A program made the translations under genes and the position numbers. From Mantamonas sphyraenae STR306 (taxonomy: Eukaryota; Protista; CRuMs): a stretch of DNA of 64,000 nt. Below are positions 59,801 to 64,000 of this stretch, in pieces (the stretch's first letter is position 1; each line of letters opens with the position of its first letter). The stretch covers positions 62,001 to 126,000 of the forward strand of contig JAPMXV010000016.1 in assembly GCA_026936335.1 (NCBI GenBank), given 5' to 3'. The notes under the pieces are model-generated. The model saw nothing but the letters and a program-made list of their open reading frames with translations. It was not told where the DNA came from and made no database searches.

Positions 59801-62796
59801 AATGTCAGATTGGGTGCCTTGATGTTCTGCTTGGTAATGGCAACTGTGGGCAGCAGACTCTGCAGGGTGGGACTCTTGTACACTTCGAGGGTCTGTGTGG
59901 ACGACGTTTGCCCTCCGTCCAGGGTGAGATGGACCGTAAAAGCGACTTCAGGCTTGTGGGAGGGCAACAGCACGTCGATGGGGTTCACGTAGAACACAAG
60001 GCGGGTGTTGTTGGATTGGCTGGCCATCAACGAAGCGGTGCTCGAGGCGTAAGTGTAGCCCGAAGCAGAGGTGTTGACATGCATGGCAATGTCGCTGGGC
60101 GAGTGCACGGGGAACCCCACACCAAAGATGGTGAGGACAAAGGAGGTGTTTGCGGGCACCAAGTCGGGGCTGATGGACGTCACGGTGGCGTTGAAGCGCT
60201 CCAGTTCTGTGTTGTTGACCAGTGTGTACGTGGCACCGCCATTGAGCGACACAAGCACTTCGTAAATGCCGATCTGATCGGGCGACTGGACGCTGGGCAA
60301 GGTGCATGTGGCGCTGAGGCCGTTTGCGGCAATGACCATGGGCACAAACATGGGCGAACCCTGTGCCTGTTGGCCTTGTCCCAGTTTGCCAAACTCGCAA
60401 AAGGGAGAGACGAGGTTGCTGCGCGTAAAGCCGTTGGGGTTGGCAAAGGTCACGACTCCGCCCGCGTCGCCGATCTGCATGGGACTGACCGTGGTGTGCA
60501 CTTTGAGCGAGGCCGCGCTGTACACAGTGTAAGTGACGTCATTGGTTTGCGACCAGGTGGCAGCTTCGTCAATGGACACGCGCAGCAGCTGAGTGCGGCT
60601 AACAACGCCGGAGAATAGATGCGGCGTCAGCACAGGCTGCGACACGTTGTACACATCCAAGCCGTTCTCGCCGTGCGAATAGTTGCCTCGCACCTGCGTA
60701 AACACCGATGCGTTGTCCTGCGCCACAAACAGCAGGTCAATCTTGGTCGGCGGGCTGACGGGACCGATGCCCCGCACGGCAACCTGGAACAGCGGCCCTG
60801 TGGGTCCCTCGTCCACAAAGGTGTCCGGCCCAATGTCTCTGAGCATGAGCTGCGCGACCGTGGTGTTGTGGACGTAAATGGAGCTGTTGATGCGATGTGC
60901 GGTCGGCGTGTCGTCCACAAACACGTCGACGTAGCCGACGTCCACATAGTCGATGGAGGGCATGGGACAGGTGGCTTGTGTACCAATGGGCTGCGTGGTA
61001 CACAGGGTGGCGCCTGTGGGCGAGCCTGGAGCACGCGGGCTAAGTGTGATGGAGAAATTGGAGCCGGGTGTGCGCGGTACCTGCATGTCGACAGTTAGGG
61101 AGGCAGGCTGGTCCTGCATGTTGATCAGCATTGGTGCAATCGTCTTGATCTGCTGGTACACAAAGGGACAGCTGCTGCTGTTGGTTTGGTTGTTGTAGGT
61201 GCCCGTGGGGCAAGGCAGACAGTCGGGCGCAAAGTGTTTCGTGTCGTTCTGGTACGTGTCGACGGCGCACGCCATACAGTAGGTGCCGTTGAACACCTCA
61301 CCCGGACCACACGAGGAGATACGTGCCACGTAACCCGGCGATCCAGGTCCCATCAGCTGCTGGCTGTCTGGTGCGCTGTACAGGAGACCCAGGCTTGCAC
61401 TTGCGGTCAATCCCTGGCCCAGATGATCGTTGGGCTGGCCATCGATGGTTGCCAGCTTGCCCCAGGCGTCAGTGCCGCCTTTGTTGCGACCCCAGATCTC
61501 CACGCGTCCCGCGTTGCCATTGATCGCCTCACTGCTGGCAGCAATGATATCGCCCACCACGGCGACGTTCTTGCCCAGGCCAAGGGGGCCCACGGCGCCG
61601 CTGGTACCTGCCCTCATTCCCACGTATCCAAAGTTGTTGGCGCCTCCCAGGGAGCGTTGGAACAAGTAAATGGCGCCGACAGTGGCGCCAGCGACGTGAC
61701 CCGGGGCACCGACCACCAGCATGTCTGCGTCGTATGCCACGTCGTAACCGAACTGTTCGCCGGTGGCCTTGTTGGGGCTGTACAGGTGCTTGTTGAAGTT
61801 GATTGCGCCTGGGTTGTTGTACAAATGCACACGGCCCTCGTCGTTGTTGAAGCCGGGGGCGCCGAGGATGATGACGCCGGCGTCGTAGAACACCGACGTG
61901 CCAATCTTCTCGGTGGCGTTGGTGGGTCCAACCGAGTTGACCGAAATGACTCCTGCTGTGTCATAGTTGTTTCCGCTGTTGTACAGGGTGCAAGGGGTGG
62001 CTTGGTTGCCGGCTGGAGCGCAAACGAGAAACAGGGTGGCGCCAGAGCCCTGCTGAGCCATGCAACCAGCACCGACCTTGTCACCAGTTGTGCCCACGGG
62101 ATTTGTTTGAGACATTTGTACGCCCCAATTGTTGGTTCCGCCTTGGTTGCGATTGAGAACACTGAAGCCGCCCCTGTTGGTGTTGATGTTTGGGGTGCCA
62201 AAGAAGGCTCTGGAGCCCTGGATGGACAAGCAGCCCTCGATAGTCCAGCTCGAGACAGTGGCCATTGGGTATTCGGAAAGCACTGAACTGCCACCCGGCA
62301 GTTCGTACATGTATCCTCTGTGCGACGAGAACGGGACGAACGAGCGCTTGTGTCAGAAAGTGGATATTTGCCTTCCTGGGAAACGCGGCCAAAATTTGTG
62401 TGTGCAACAGTGACCGCAAGCTAGAAAGTAGACTGGGGTGGTGCCGAGACGAAGCGACGGCCATAGGGAGCGCGATTTGGGATCGTTGTGGCGAAATGGG
62501 ACCGCTAGGGAGACGAGGCGCGCCCACGGGACGTTTCTGTGACAAAAACGCTTGACGAGGAAAACGCTGGGGACCAAACGAAGCACAACAAGACGGAGCA
62601 CGTACGATCCAGAAGGGGTTTGTACAATGAGGGCATTGCCCTGCGCTTGAATGCTGAAGCCAAAGTTGTTGACGGCCGTCTGCGCCTGGAATAGCTGTTG
62701 GGCCTCGACCAAAGGGGCCAGGTGGACCACCAGGAGCACGAGGACGACAAGCAAATGCGAAAAAGGGTGTGCTCGTGTGTGTTGTTTGTTACTCAT
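50848..62796 (-). CDS. Giant (~3,890 aa) surface protein: signal peptide, FG-GAP propeller, ~25 IPT/TIG domains, Cys-rich repeats, multi-TM TRP/Flc-like C-terminus; intron 62318-62605
   Basis: FGYDVA..LVVGAP repeats, recurring P..GP..GGT.VT.G and SLNGQQY, C..GT..C..C repeats, and FGAVYDKY..WFE..MLRK plus KPF...N.QE. A phase-2 intron adds the signal peptide exon. Confidence 0.9.
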
Positions 62797-62830
62797 GATG
62801 CCAGATTGGCAGTGGTTGTGTTGCACCTCG

Positions 62831-63516
62831 CTATGTCGATGTGTTGCGGGTTTGGCCCAGCAGGGGCAGGCTTGTGTGCCACATGCTCAGACGGTTGAGC
62901 ATGATGAGCAAACGCGTGCTGGCTAAGGTGGTGTCCACACAGACGCCTTCACCCTGGCTGTGCATGCGGTCAAACAACAACGCCGTGTCCAGGTGCAGCA
63001 AGTCCGGATCGAGCCACACGTACTTTTCCTCCACGGTCTCTTCCCGACCGCACAGCAACACGGCGTCGCTTGCAAGTGTACTCCCTCGCAGGAGCAAGGC
63101 ATGCGTGAGGTCTTCCAATTCCCCCTCCACGGCGTCTACCAGTCCCTTGGATTTGCCCTTTATCCTCAACGCGCGCGTCACAATCCCTGTCATGGCCTGT
63201 GTCAGTGCTCCGCGTGTGCAGAATAGGTGCAAAGATTTTCCCGTGTGTGTGTACCTCTCTGTTGAGCCTGTGCAACCAAATCACGCTCACAAGCCACCCA
63301 GCAGCCACGGCCACCAAGGTTGTTTTGAAGATCGGGCGCCGCACGGACGCGTACAACGCCGTCGTCGTCCTTTTGCCGTGTCTTGGCAAAGCGCACAAGC
63401 ATGCTGGTGGGTAGATTAGCCTGGCTGACCTGACACCTGCGCATGGGCAGTGCCAGGAGACGGCCAAGTTCGATCGTCGCACTATTCGCTCGTGTGTGTG
63501 TTGAGACCACGCTCAT
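62831..63516 (-). CDS. YlxR/RnpM (DUF448)-like RNA-binding protein; intron 63187-63254; start at 63516 or 63444
   Basis: Spliced product PMRRCQVSQANLPTSMLVRF...PDLQNNLGGRGCWV...AQQR|GIVTRALR matches the DUF448 pattern RxC...LIRF...D...GRGAW...RAL. Confidence 0.75.
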
Positions 63517-63747
63517 GGGTGCCAAGTGACACAAATGGCCTTTTTGTGTGTGTGTGTGTGTGTGTTTATGCGGGTGTTACTGTGTGCTGTCTGCTGAGGA
63601 CTTGGAAGAGTCCAGGGAAGCAGGTGCGGTTCGTTTGGTGCTTCCAGCGTTGGATGTCCTGCAGCGGGAATGTGCACTGCATTGGAATGTGGTCTATGAA
63701 AGAGGGTATGCATGGGTACAATACATCCACTCTTCTTCTTCTTTCAG

Positions 63748-63831
63748 ACGGTGTTGCCGCCGGTTCGCAGCGAAACAAGGAAAAGCAGGGATGTCACGGC
63801 GATGGAGGCAATTTCAGTCACCAGCTTGGCG
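63748..63831 (+). other. Probable internal exon of a plus-strand gene continuing beyond the window
   Basis: Flanked by tcttcttctttcAG and GTGAGT, with a CTGAC near 63970. The reading frame is undetermined. Confidence 0.35.
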
Positions 63832-64000
63832 GTGAGTGTGATGCCTAGTACGCGTACACCATGCACGCGAGCGATGATGCCTTCCACCACAGCCTGCACC
63901 TCTCTGCCGACACCAGCCTCGCATCCGCTGCGCACTCCGCTCCAGCGCGCAAGCGACTCTGCCAATCGCTGACTGTGTGTGTGACCACGAGTTGTGGGTA

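Noticed and set aside
61320-62796. Integrin alpha subunit
   Set aside because: It lacks DxDxDG calcium loops, thigh/calf domains and the single TM with GFFKR. It continues into IPT repeats and a multi-pass domain.
63744-63965. 73 aa minus-strand ORF ending in TGA as a gene end or selenoprotein read-through
   Set aside because: It has no family motif or SECIS-like evidence, and plus-strand splice signals explain the region better.
1-64000. Alternative genetic code or non-canonical introns
   Set aside because: TAA, TAG and TGA all end conserved genes at the expected places, and all introns I traced are GT-AG.

Overview
This is a gene-dense, GC-rich nuclear segment of a unicellular eukaryote. 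It has short GT-AG introns rich in CA/TG, uses the standard genetic code, and is probably from a flagellate because it carries OFD1. About 27 genes are present, mostly alternating in strand with very small gaps. They include an ankyrin protein, two near-identical 14-3-3 copies inside a ~2.2 kb inverted duplication, NELF-C/D, RCE1, MED6, a TBC1D22/Gyp1 RabGAP, a WDFY-like WD40 protein, sideroflexin, OFD1, an alpha/beta hydrolase, an SPFH protein, a GAS2-domain protein, two LYR proteins, TM9SF, CBS, SWR1/SRCAP, DDX54 and LMW-PTP. The most notable candidates are an intron-containing homologue of bacterial YlxR/RnpM, a SAM + class-3 lipase + P-loop GTPase protein, a gustatory-receptor-like 7TM channel, a ~3,900 aa FG-GAP/IPT/TRP-like surface protein, a sedolisin on a collagen stalk, and introns with distant branch points. 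All calls come from reading motifs by eye, with no database searches. No rRNA, tRNA, CRISPR array or transposase was seen.
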